Shown here in pieces: positions 26,623 through 53,878 of a stretch of 64,000 nt of DNA. A program made the position numbers and the translations under genes. Below the pieces are notes generated by a model. It saw only the letters and a program-made list of their open reading frames with translations. It ran no database searches and had not been told where the DNA came from. This stretch comes from Tubiluchus corallicola (lineage: Eukaryota; Animalia; Priapulida). Location of the stretch: the NCBI GenBank assembly GCA_030141605.1, contig JAQGDQ010000817.1, positions 1 through 64,000 on the forward strand. The letters are read 5' to 3'. The first letter of the stretch is position 1, and each line of letters starts with the position of its first letter.

Positions 26623-29600
26623 GGAGAGTTTTTTCTAAGACTAAGAAGTCTTTCACTGATCTGCTTGATCATAAATACGTTGCAGTGAAAACAAAACATG
26701 CACCTTTTAGTAGCAAATTTCACTACTCCTCCGTCATGAAGATAAATTCTTAGTGGCTCTATTGCTGGAACATACACGTGCAGTCTGATGTCGAATTTGC
26801 GCCCGTGTATAAGATAAGGCTTCCAAATGTACCTGAAAAATTCCATTGCAATTCAAAAAATTGCTTGTTTGTCTTCCCAAACTGTAAACAAATGCAAAGA
26901 TAATTGCGCCCCAGCTAAACACCACCTCAATACTACCAGCAGAATTATCCGATTATTTTGTTATTGGTATGACTTGCAATGGGATCGATCACACCAAGTA
27001 ACCACTTTCAGTCACACCATATATGCACTCTAAAAATTTATTTTCAAAGTAATGAAGACCCGCATGTAACAAAAGGATCTGCTCGTGTAAAATAACAAAC
27101 TAATGTTAACAAGTTGAAAAGAACTTTCTAGCAAATGACTGCACTGTTACAGAAAACATTTTCTGAAATAAAAATATCAACACAACCTTTGCAAAACTGC
27201 TTTTCTAGGCCTCAATTGATCGCTACTGCTAACTACTGCAATGCCTTTCCCTCCACTCCTACCAAACTAAAAATAAATAAATGCATCAGGTTATTTAGGA
27301 TTTCAAAATCTCATTTCTTAACATTTTAAGATTAAAGTTTACCAATCTTTAGGTTGGTGTGACAATTTCAAAAACATTGCTAAGACAATTACAATAAGGC
27401 AAGGCAAATGTAAATAGAATTTTATCAGCAAAATATTAAAGATGGATCACTAGTTTTGGAAAATTAAAAAAAATCTTTACTTTCATACTTTTGAGGACAC
27501 TTTCTCTGGATCATCCATTGGTCTGCAGATAACTGAAGAAGATAAATTTCCCAATAACGGGAAATCTTTATCTAATTTATAGCATGACCCTAGTGCAGCG
27601 AAACTTCGATTTCCGATTCAGCTTGCGAGTGTACTCCAACAGCAATTTTGGTATTATTTTCTGGTTTCAGTTTTATGGTAGAAAAATGAATTCTAGCGCT
27701 GAAATGAACACGCCCGCTGCGTTAACAAAAGTAAACAGATACCTCCAAATCAGCGGCAATTAAAGTCAAGCAAAACGTCATTCATCCTCAGTCAAGCTCT
27801 GCTGACTGCCCAATCAAGCCGGTCAAAATTTATATTATATATCTATGTAATATTTGTAACCTGAAACAGTTAATTTTACCCTTAAAAGATGCCATTGGTA
27901 CCTATGGGATAGACGGATCGTCTACGGAATAGAACAATCAAATTTATTCCATTTCCGTGGCCTAACAAACAGTTAAAAAAGTGCAAAAAGCAGCTAAAGC
28001 GGATATGTAGAAAAAATACATCGCAGGTATGATATGCCCGTACATTCAAAGGCAAGAGAGACTTTCGTAACCATTTTTTGTTGCTCATTTGTCTTAAAGC
28101 TAGGCTTACTGGCTTAGTTCCTTTATAATAACGACCCGACTAGGCACTCATGTCTATACATTCCGTAGTTCTTTGTCGCTACATTCTGCTTAAATTGTAA
28201 AGCCATTTTTGACAATTTGAAGTTTAAAAATGCTGTAAAAATAATTTCTGCGTTGTGTACAACCAGTTTACCTGCTAAATTAAACGTCATATTTGACATT
28301 GTTTTTAAAACAGTCATTGTTCTCGCCTTTAGCTAATGTGCCCGATTTCTCGTCAGCGTGCTACGTCACAACGGAAGCGGAACTATAGACCAATATGCTT
28401 GACGGCAATTACTATTTAACCTAAAGGGCTTGTTCAACAAGCGTAGTTGATTTGCAGCATCGTATAATTTTTTATAAGATATCAGCTATAGGCTGTACAT
28501 GTATGTACAATATATATATATGTATGTACATTATATATGTACAATGACGTTGGTGTATAATAAATAATTAATTAATCCAGCTGGAACACTGTCAGTTTAA
28601 CACACTATAAGTCAGAACGTAGCACTCGAAGCACATGGTCTGCTAAAATTCGTAATTTAGCAGGACAGAAAAATGGCTAGCTATCAAGGAAAAGCCACGA
28701 TCCAGTACTGCACCATCCTCAATTCCTCACTCAACGACAGAAATAGCTAAGAGTAGGATGAAAGCAATAATCTAATGCTGTTTTTCCGGCAGTCATCCAT
28801 TCCTTTACTAACCAGATCCAAGTTGCTTCTTACGCTAAGTGCTCTCAGATGTTTTTAAGAATTGTGCACCTCAATTAATTTAATTCAATCCAATTTTAAA
28901 GTGACGTAAGCAGCATTACAACACACTTTTGAGCTGTCACTACAAAAATTCTTTGATCTTGCATTAGAACCTCACTTACATGCTCCTCAACAACAGTAAG
29001 CCATGACTGATTAATTTCTGGCTGCCACAGTTACACAAATTGAATAGGCGCTTCCCATTTTCTGCTTTGACAATTTTCTAAATTATTGTACGCACCGGTT
29101 TTGTGATCCACATTTTCTTACGAGGATTTTCGGCAATATATCTGGCAAAAATCAACAAGTCTTCTGGTAATACGAAAGTTAAAGGAACAAAGTTGAACTC
29201 TTGCTCTCCGTGCAATGTGCACATCCGTTTAAAGTTTTTCCAAAAAACATCTTTTCGCATGGCTTCTTCTTGTGAATCCGGAAAATGGTCAATCTACAAT
29301 TAAAACGATGATGAAATTTAATTATTGCAAGCCTATCAGAAAATGCTATTTTATATTCTTATTTTAATTGCTGGGGTTTTTTCAGTTGTGCTATTAGCCA
29401 ATAAATTCGCGCAGTAACATAACAATTGGAAAATACGAGGCTGTGCAAAACACTAAGCTGGTAGAGCAGCAAGTGTCTGAACTGTATATAAACTTTAATA
29501 TGCAAATCGTTACAGGATTATGACAAACCGCTGCCTATGATGCTAAAGTATTAGATAATTGAGAGCGGTTAGGAAATGTATTGTTCTGTCTAGCATAACT

Positions 29601-32600
29601 TCCTCTGCGTCAAAGTATTCACCAGACATTTGCTCAATTACCAAAAATACATTCACTAGCCACTGTTCCTTTAAATTAATTAACTATTAATAGCACAATG
29701 TTAAATTTGATTATATAAATAGATCAAAGCCAGGGCATGTCTTAATGAAAGTGGAAGATTTTAGCCAGTCACCTATTCTGAGCATTTTCAAGCGCAGAAT
29801 AAAGGTAGTTATTTTTAAATGAAAAATGATAATAAAATTTTATAGAAGCTATACAAAAAAGTTTTAATAGTTTTAGCATCCACAAGTTTTCGGCTGTGCA
29901 ATTTTGGTTTGGATTTGGAGAAGAAGTTGCAACAAATTGTATTTACACGGAAAATAAAGGAGCCCGTAACGGACTCAAAAATACCAGTTTTTCAAACCAC
30001 AAACCCTATTTTTAAAACAAGACTCTTGAAACATCTACGTATCCGTCAATTATGCTTATTTTAATTCTGTTAGTTACAAATAAAAATGTTCTATGTCATT
30101 GATCTTGTTAAAAATAGGACTTTAAACATAACGAGTTTAAATAAGTTGTTTGTTACTTAATCCAGGCCCGTTCTTTTAATGTGTATTGTATATTTGGTAG
30201 GGTACTTTTACAGACATTTCAGCATTATGAGCAAATTTTACTCAGAAACATTGTTAATCTTGTGTTCTTCTGATAACCTTTCTTCAGATTAATTTTTTCT
30301 TTGGGACTGCTTTTTCGTAAATTATTTAAAACCACTGGAAACGTGTTCAAGAAATCACACCTAAAACTTGAAAAGTAGCCGAAGTTGATAGCTAAAACGT
30401 AGTAATTTAAACAACCCTACAATGAAAAATGAGTGGTTGCGGAGACTAAACTGTGCTTGAAAGAAGCTGATAATGAATGACTACAATTTCGATCTGTAAG
30501 ATTTATTTGGACTCTCGTGTTATGACTTCCATCAATTGTTCCATTGCACCATTGCAGTAGACCTAAAACCTATAAAAGATCTCCACTGTTTTATTCCTAC
30601 CTCAATGGGCTGTTGATAGGAAATAATAATACGCTACCCTCAAATTGTTTCTTTCCTTTTAACACTAAATTTTATTTTTCAATTCTGCTACATAGGATCT
30701 TCAGACCTACGTGTGACCGAATGTGACGCTGAAGCAAATGCCAAGCCAGGGACTGCCAATGATCATTTGACAAATAAAGAGTTTAAACATACTAAACACG
30801 CTTCAGTAGATGTTGGCTACATGATGCACTGAGCTTTATATGATTGCCGAGCCACTATTCCTAGGGCCGATAGGATTGAAACTTGCGCATTTCCGATGTT
30901 TTCACAACGATTAAGAGTATACCAATCAGCAAAGTACTCACAGCTCACCCATCGTTTTTGAAATGCAAAGCAATTGGCATACCTTCTGATAGTCCATTAA
31001 TTGTTTATATCGACCCCTGTCCTTACTGTAACAACAGCAGCCAAACCAATCGTTCCCTTCTGAAGAACATTAGAACAAGTTAACAAATGATCATATATGT
31101 AAACGACATATACATCTATGAGTACATGCATATAACTATGAAATGATTTACACAAATCTCTATTATTGAGGACAAGGCCAGAAAACGGTTGTTCAATAGA
31201 TCTTCGTGCTACTAGGAATGTTAAAATCCAGTTAAACTCGACTTATGAATTTTCACGATGTCGCCCAAACTAGCAGCAAGAAGTTTGACTCTGTGCGGCT
31301 CACTTACTGCCCCCGGGGTCCCTAAAGGGCCGCCAACGATTTGCCCCAGGACGAAACTCACAGAATATGGATTAGTCAGCTGATCTGTGCTGCTATAGAT
31401 TTTCAAGGATTAGTCGCAAATAAATTTCTTTTTAGATTTTTAGTCACGTTTTCGAACATACCCTATATATTCATATACCTATATGTTACCTAGGGTGCAA
31501 AAAAGTAGTTGAAAAACTTTTGTGGGAGGGGGAGGGTCAAGCAAGCCTTCTGGATGGCATTGATCAACCTGTTATGAGTACACAACTGTGTATAACTTAC
31601 TGCAATACTGTTACGCAAAAGTTTACAAAAAGACTTACACAAACATACATACCAGTCAGATGAAGATTAGGATGATCCATTACTAATTGCTTTACAGGCT
31701 TTACATCTCGTCTTTCGACTTTGAATTTTAACAGCTTCTTAACAGAACTTGGCAATTCTTGAACTGTACAAAAATTAAAATGTGAGTAAAATGATTGCGA
31801 AATAATTCGATGATCGGCACTTATTTAGATTTTGCGATAATACGTATATCTACTTGTTTGTTTCTTATTTACGTCTTTGAGTAAAACAAATCGTATTCGA
31901 TTCGCCTGCCAAAAACCTTGGTACGCATGAGTGTTTACATTTCACTGCTGTTGTGAACGATCCAAACATAACTGCGAATTAAATCAAGATAAATCGTTTA
32001 TATATGGGTTGAAAAATATTTAATTTTAGTTAGAAGTCCCGAAAATTAATATATATTAATAAAATAATTTTCTATATAAATTGCCTGCAAACGTTCAATA
32101 GTTGTTATGACTAAACTGTGCCAAATATTACCAGCGTTCCGCAAATACAGTAACTGTACTGTTTTACAAGAATATGGTGCGTACAGACCTGCATAACTGT
32201 TAAAACTTAAAATTGGTCATTTTGCCAGATGATACTTGAGCAACTATTAATAATAAGTGAAAACGACATGACTTTTTTGGGGATCGAAATTGTGAGCACA
32301 AGAGCATCTCTCCGCTCACCGGAAACCCTGTTTCGACAACTTCTGGGCTGGGGGTCTTTCGAGTGTAAGAGAACGTCATTTTTAAACAGGTGATGGGGTT
32401 ACGAACGAGGACTTCTAAATCACCTGCAAATCATATTCTGACTCGGATTTGATCTCCATAATAAATACGTCAATAGTGCCCACAAACGACTTCTTGGGTC
32501 GGAAATTTGACCCCGGCTCGAAACGGGATGTATATTACAGTATAAACCCCGAGCTGACCACTTTGTGATGACAGGATTCTTACAGAACTTTTCAGGATAA

Positions 32601-34410
32601 TCTGTTCAAAATCCACAGTAGGTAATCCAATAAGAATCGAGACTGGCAGGTGGAGCAGGCCAGACGGGAAAACAGAATATGCTAATTTTGTGAATTGATT
32701 GTTGTTCAATCTCTTAATCGTGCGATGCTTGAATGTCCCGAAACTAAATATACTGACTATATATTGAAGATATCAGTTCTTTTACGACACAACTCGCTGT
32801 AATTAAAGCCAAATATCTATAAACTTTGTGGAAATAATAATCTTTAATTAATGCTCAACTAATTGTTTCAATGCTTCAAGTAACCGCTTGAATATTGTGT
32901 ATCTGATTTTTGTTCGATTTTTGCACTTTTTAAATGTTACTTATGCTATTTATTTTTTGTTCAGATTCATCTGGTTTTGTCTTTATCATTAAGACAATAA
33001 TGGTACGCAATCTAAGAACATTGTTTCCATTTTTCTTTAATGGATTTATGCATACACACGCCACAGTGTAATTCTACAAAATAAAATTTCGCTGAATCAT
33101 AATTACCAATTTGTCCAGGTAACGCAAAGTTAATTACAGGTGTAAGATGTGCGCAGAGACTAGGAAGAAGTGCGGGTATAACCCGTGGACATTCATCTCC
33201 TCTTGTGTCATTTCTTCGTTCTGTAACAATCAATGTATCTGTTTAAGTCAACATACATCTAATCGCGGTGACGTGTCCTGCAACTACTAAATTAAAATCA
33301 ACTCAAGAGAAATCAGACAGCAATATAGCAGCCAAAGGTTCCTGGTTGTTCAATAAATAGGTTTATACTATTGTTAACTGCAGCCATTGTTGCCGTTTTA
33401 TAGTTCATACTGACAATAAGGTAATTAATCGCCTTAAAGGAAGCCTTAAAACCTTGCAAAAAACCTCCCGGTTAACCTAAAACAACTGGGATAGCTAAGA
33501 TAAATAAAAATGTTCAACAACTTCAACCAAATCTATCTTTAGGAGCAGAACTTACGCTGTTAGCTGCAGATAGAAGAGGTTGGAATACTCTGATAAATGT
33601 TGATACCTCAATGTCTACAACAGATGGAATGAGATTTTGAAGAAGAAGAAGAAGAAGAAGAAGACAATAAGGCTTCCAAGTATCTTCACTTCCAAGCATC
33701 AACCATTAAAATATTTTGTGTAACAATGAATGCATCAGAGCAATCATTTTATTGCTTTAACTGTATTTGCGTCAATGTAACGCATTAAACTCATTAAAAT
33801 GCGCCATTAAACTACAGTGATGCGACCTGAACGGAGTGTGGCGCATGGGCAAGAGTGTGTGGCGCAATGGGCAAGGGTGTGTGACGCAATGGTCACAGGT
33901 GTGTGGCGCAACGAGCAAAGGTGTGTGGAGCAATGGGAAAGGCCTGTGCAACGTGCTGAACGGAAAGGTTGCAAACCACTAAAAACAGAAGCAGTATTCA
34001 AGGCTTTTTGAAAGGAGATTGTTGGCGATATCATTCCAGAACTTTATTAGGCAGTTTCTTTACTAGCCCAGTTGAAACGCGCCCAGAAAACTATACTTTC
34101 CAATTAAAAAAATGCCAACTTACAGGCTCATGAAAACTAAAACATTTTACGTAAAACTTAATAATGCGTAGAAATTCGCGTACGCGACAAGACGCGACAA
34201 GACGCGAAACATACACTATAATATATTTGTCAAGAAAATCAAAAATTGTGTGATCTCTTCGAATTTCCATGTGTGTATGAAACAATTCAGACTTACTTTA
34301 TCGAAAACAACAATTTTTACAAACCCCTTTTACCTACCTGAGGATTTTTCGCAACATATAAACAAAATAAGGAAGAAGGTCGATGCTCTCCTCAATGCTG
34401 TACTGTGCAT
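20891..34410 (-). CDS. TTLL4: TTLL4-like tubulin-tyrosine-ligase-family (ATP-grasp) protein, multi-exon, with an N-terminal signal-peptide-like exon
   Basis: Phase-compatible GT-AG exons: 34410-34338 ([24 protein letters not shown]), 33238-33107 (PALLPSL..PVINF), 31763-31653 ([15 protein letters not shown]), 31059-30983 (NDWFGC..YQK), 29293-29096 (IDHFP..RKD..WITKP), uncertain small exons 29021-28980, 27961-27902 and 27532-27489, then 26832-26704 ([16 protein letters not shown]), 25895-25773 (HLTN..HKW), 25075-24977, 24522-24388 ([18 protein letters not shown]), 23560-23462, 23183-23060, 21308-21098 ([19 protein letters not shown]) and 20940-20891 (stop). Motif order follows TTLL4 as I recall it. 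Confidence 0.9.
21323..21450. repeat. Compound trinucleotide microsatellite (ATT/GTT/GTC/ATC)n
   Basis: Read directly from the sequence; it explains the poly-V/I/M/D/T pseudo-ORFs in the track. Confidence 0.95.
26427..26620. repeat. (TA)n(GA)n microsatellite
   Basis: Read directly from the sequence. Confidence 0.95.
33440..33663 (+). mobile_element. 3' relic of an RTE-type LINE with a (GAA)n tail
   Basis: KPPG.PKTT(W)...[10 protein letters not shown] is followed by a GAA-repeat tail, the typical RTE 3' end. Confidence 0.55.
33832..33945. repeat. Minisatellite, ~22-bp unit, about 5 copies
   Basis: Unit approximately gtgtgtggcgcaatgggcaagg. Confidence 0.8.
34338..34410 (-). CDS. Putative first coding exon of the TTLL4-like gene: signal peptide or signal anchor
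   Basis: ATG, a basic n-region (RR) and a hydrophobic FFLILFICC core, ending at a phase-1 donor G|GTAGGT. This joins the phase-1 acceptor at 33238 in frame (G+AT=Asp). Confidence 0.62.
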
Positions 34411-35053
34411 CTCCAGTTTGACAAAAATGCTATCACTGTTACTATCACTGCTGCTAAAAAATTTCCTCGATATAAAAAATTTTGGTTGAATGTTTTCTCT
34501 GGATGGTAGCTATACCCATTGCTATAACTCACAATCGTATTTAATATTGTTGGGCACAGTCACAGCACATTATTCTTAATTTTGTGCCCGCAGCTAGACC
34601 GGTTCTTTGAACTGAAATTTAAACTTTAGGCCAGATTTGTTAAAACGGCTTGTGACTTTTTACATGGTGTCATGTGACACATGGCTATACTACTATTACT
34701 ATACAGGTGCTGAAGATTCTGTACCTATACAGAACATTGTGTTAGTGAAGTTTTGCTAGCGTATTAGCGTATAAAAATGTTACGTATTACGTATTAAGTG
34801 TTTGTACAAGACGTGAGAAGTCATCCTGCATATATTGCTGCCAGACAGAAAGTAGCATCGAGCAAAGTAGAAAAGCACAGAAATTTCCATTTCCTGAAAA
34901 CAATACTTGCAAAATTATCAGCCGTTTTGGCCGTAACACAAAAAGACAACTCGCAGCCACAGTCAATTAATTTTTTGAATCTAGGTATGACCAAAAATAA
35001 GAAAATGTAAAAATCGCAACCCAACTCATGTTAAAACGTAATAAGTAACATAT

Positions 35054-35246
35054 TGTACTACGGGGCTGTGGTGAAATAAAATGTAATGCTGGCAGGGGAA
35101 TACAGTAGACTTCTCAGGTGTGCATGTGAACGTGGCTTTATCTGGCACAGATTCGTATTCTGCCCTTGTGTTAGTAAGGGCCACTAGTCACGTGCACACC
35201 TGAGCTTACAAAAAGGGAAGGTCTGCTGTAGACCCTTGTCAGTGGT
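35054..35246 (+). repeat. Partial second copy of the Gypsy LTR, in opposite orientation to 4717-5120
   Basis: Diverged reverse complement of about 4928-5120 (tgtact..gggctgtg..gacttctcaggtgtgc.tgtgaacgtggcttta..ccactagtcacgtgcacacctgagctta..ggtctgctgtaga.ccttgtcagtggt). Confidence 0.9.
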
Positions 35247-35249
35247 TGT

Positions 35250-36257
35250 CAGGGGCGGAACTAGGGGGGGGGCGAAGGGGGGCGCCCCCGGTCAAAATTT
35301 GCGCCCCCCTGCCAAATCGGACAAACAATTTTTTTTTGCAGTAGCCCAATAATATTTTTTATCATTAAAGTTTGTCACCGAGTTAAATTATGTCAGTTTG
35401 TCGAGCTAGCCTAGTACCAGAGAGTCGGTTTGGGAGATACAAATTGATGAGCCACGGCTCAGCCACCTCCTGATTGGACATTACCGACTGTTTGCTACTC
35501 CTTAGCGACTCTTTCCCACGAGTTTGCTGCATAAAAGGGCGTGATTTTTGAGCAGATTCATCATTTTTCTCCTGCTAGTAGAATCTGTGCTAGTTTTCGC
35601 TGCGATTTCAGCTGTTGTTTCATCTTGTTGACAAACAGGAATTTTCACGTGATTACATGTTACATCATGTCTGGGAATAGGGAAGACGACAAAGTTGTAC
35701 CACCTAGAAAACGGCAGAAAACTTTAGACTTTTTTATCCAAGGAAGTAAAAAGGAATCAGCAGGTAAAGATGCAGAAGACGAGAAACAACCGGAGTCTTC
35801 TACTCAGAACATGAACACAGGAGCAAATGACTTGGGGCCTGTGTCTGAGACACCACGGCAACCACATATGACGAAATATCCGAAAACTGGCAAGGAAAGA
35901 ATGCTCGTTCTTTTCAGTATAGTTGGTTCGGGAAACACTCATGGCTGGAGTACTCGAAGCAGACAGACGCAGCATTTTGGTAAACAAAGGCAGATTACTT
36001 GGACTGAAGTCGGATTTAAAAAATGGAAAGATGCAATGCATGATATGCAAAAGCACGAAGAGATGGAATCACACAAGGACAGCATGTCAATGTGGGCTGT
36101 CTTCAAAAGCAGTAGCAAAACAGGTGACGTTCAAAAGCGGATGGAACTTGCGTACGCAAAACAGGACGAGGAAAAAAGACAGTACGTACGCAGAATTATA
36201 GCTACTGTAGAACTTAGGCTTATTTCAATGTTTGCGAAAAATGTTAGGCGTATTTAG
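35250..36257 (+). mobile_element. Degenerate hAT DNA transposon 5' end (ZMYM1/TTF-zinc-finger-type transposase fragment)
   Basis: Starts with a CAGGGGCGGA TIR-like end. Fragments read KRQKTLDFF, PRQP..YPKT, RSFQYSWFGKHSWLEYSKQTDAAF (shifted frame) and GFKKWKDA..KHE..ESHKDSM. I did not find the right TIR. Confidence 0.72.
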
Positions 36258-38070
36258 TAATAAAAATGTGATCAGAACCTGGTGTAATTAGTAAAATTAT
36301 TTTAAAGTTGCGATCATTTCACGCTCCCATTTTGAATGCTCATTCTCCCACCAACGATGTCGTGGATTCGCTGAAGAATAGCAGTGCACTGCCAATTTCC
36401 GTCAAAAGTGCAAGTTGTTACAAAAAATTTGAAAACCATTAGATAGCCAGTTTTATGATCATTTTGCGTGAACATTGGGTAAGTCACGAAGCGCTTACGA
36501 AAATTCACAAAGTCCGCCAGTTACATTATACTTTTCAAGTGAATGGCGGCTACCGGGCCTGAAAATTCTTATACAGCAGTAGTATAAATTATCCTTATAC
36601 TTTATAGACAGTTTTTGCAAATTTCTTTGTTAACTATTTTTCTTTCCCGTAAGAATGGAAATATAGCAGGCAAAAGATCAAACTCCACAATTCTAAAATC
36701 TCCATCACGATGTAAAAAGTATTAATACTGTAGCCGCTATTAGACGTTCATGTTATGATATCATTTATAGGCTTACAGTCACCTAGGTTTCAAATATAAC
36801 GTCGTACAATGCAGTAACATTTGAGCAAAGTTCACGGACAGACACAGCCTTTGCCTTCAGGAGACACCCCAGAGTTTAGTTTTTATAAAATAAAACTGGA
36901 TCTTTGATTACGACGAACAGTTCATATCATACACAGGCATTGAAGTGCACAAGAAGAATGTAAGAGTGGTAGTGGTAGTAGCAGCAGCAGCAAAAACTTT
37001 AATATAAAACAGTAGATAATAATATTAAATATAAAATAGTATTCCGTGGCGGTGGTAGTAGTAGCACCAGCAGTAGTAGTAGTACAAATCCACTGTCACT
37101 GTTCTATCAAAATTTTTGTCACTGTACCATTCCTCACAACCTGCTTCTTTTTCCAGTTTATTTCTACGCGAACGCGAGTAGATCTTTCAGTGCGAACGAA
37201 ATTAGTCAGACTTTTCTTGTGTCACAAAACTTATTTAGTTATTTTTAGTAAACATGCCCTGGTATTTCCTAGCCTGTATCTTTCTGCTTGCTTAGCTCTG
37301 TGTAAATTACGCTCGCCTGGTGACGTCAGGTACGAAAGAAACCAGTAACTGCATTGGAGCTTACTGTGCCCAGCCGCTTTGAGGTGTGTGCTGTAAGCGT
37401 AGTAAAAGCCTAATTTCCTCTAATACAGGTTCCTAACGAAGATTAAAATACTATGGTAATTCTTATGATATCATGATGACTAGAAATACAGCATTGTCAA
37501 TGAAATAGCTGTGGTGACACGTCTGCATAACCAACAACGTACAAAAGTTGTTTTTTAATGTTCAAGCGAACCAGCCAACAAACAAATAAATAATAATTAA
37601 GCGTCTTTACTTCCGTAAAAGCTACTTTAAACCGCTTCCGATGCCTACTTATTAATATTCCCAGGAAAAATGGCAGATTATATTAGACTATACCTATGTA
37701 ATTCTAATACAATTTTCCAAAGTACAAGTTTATGATTTTTTTTCGTTCGACATGTCAATAAATTAAATAAGTCTCGGTAGCATGGTTGAATTAGAAAAAC
37801 AGCAACATGGATGAGAGTAAATCTCCTACTAAAAACTTCATGAATACTATGCTCTTCAATGACAAAACCAGCAGATGCACACAATTACAATGAAACAAGG
37901 TGAAATAGATTTCGAACACGCGTTTTAAGCGCATTGCACGTAAAACTAATAAGATCTCGGAACTATTATTTTATACTAGAGCAATACACAAGTCGGTCAA
38001 CACTAAAACTCAACTATCATTGTACCTATATTAACTGCCTACTTGCATGGAGCACACCATGCATATGGAG

Positions 38071-38675
38071 ACCGGTAATAAAGTTATAGAAAACGTTCAC
38101 GGAAAAAAGTCACAATTTTGGCTAGGAAAATAAGTCACAGGAAAAAACTCACAATTAATTTTGGCTAGGTTTAGGATCAGGATTAGGGTGTAACCTGTGT
38201 TTTTCTCTGTACTTTTATTGTAACTCGTTTCTGTGACTTCTTAAGCTAGATTCTTGCTTATACATCAATTCTAACCCGCTAATAACTCAATATAATAAAA
38301 TCGTGAAATAATAGCAGTTACTAAGAAATACGACTATGCTATCTTGATGACCGGTAATAAAGTCAGGAAAAAGTCACTGTTTTTGCAAGCATAGAAAGTC
38401 AGGTAAACTAAGAAAAATAATCGAGACAATTACAATGTATTAAAGTAATAAAACAGAAAATATTTCAACTCAGTTATTAACTAGCAATACATGACTTGTA
38501 GTACATATTGACAATACTATTTACAAATTTTGGCATTAAATGCATGTGAAAAAAATCACATTTTGTTAAATTGCTCAGTGTTACGGAGTTAGGGGTAGAG
38601 TTGTTTCTTTTTTCCCTATGAGTTTTTTCCTGTGACTATTTTACCTTTGATTTTTACCTGGATTCGCTATCCCAT
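38071..38675. repeat. Two related non-autonomous elements with aaaaagtcac/gtgacttttt subterminal repeats and degenerate TTAGGG
   Basis: accggtaataaagt starts at 38071 and 38350. There are repeated gaaaaaagtcac motifs, inverted gtgact..tt motifs and taggtttaggatcaggattaggg. Confidence 0.5.
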
Positions 38676-39008
38676 AGTATGTTCAGCTAGGCCTTCTATA
38701 ACCCATCTTGGTTCATATTAACATAAGGTTTATTGCCAAATGTCAAGAAAGTTTACACCCGTTTGTAGCATACTGATCAATTTTGCAAAGGCATACGCTT
38801 CATACGTATTAAATTTCATACGCTTTAAATTGTAATACTTTGTTTATTGTGTAATTTTCTCTTAAATAAAGGTCATTTTGGTAGAAATAGGGTGACAACG
38901 AAGACCAATAAAACTATATTTCTAAAGCCGATACAGAAACATGAAGACAGCATATAGGTTAAACTGTTTAACATATCTCTACAATATCATTTCTACAAAA
39001 GAGGACTG

Positions 39009-53878
<14,870 letters not shown>

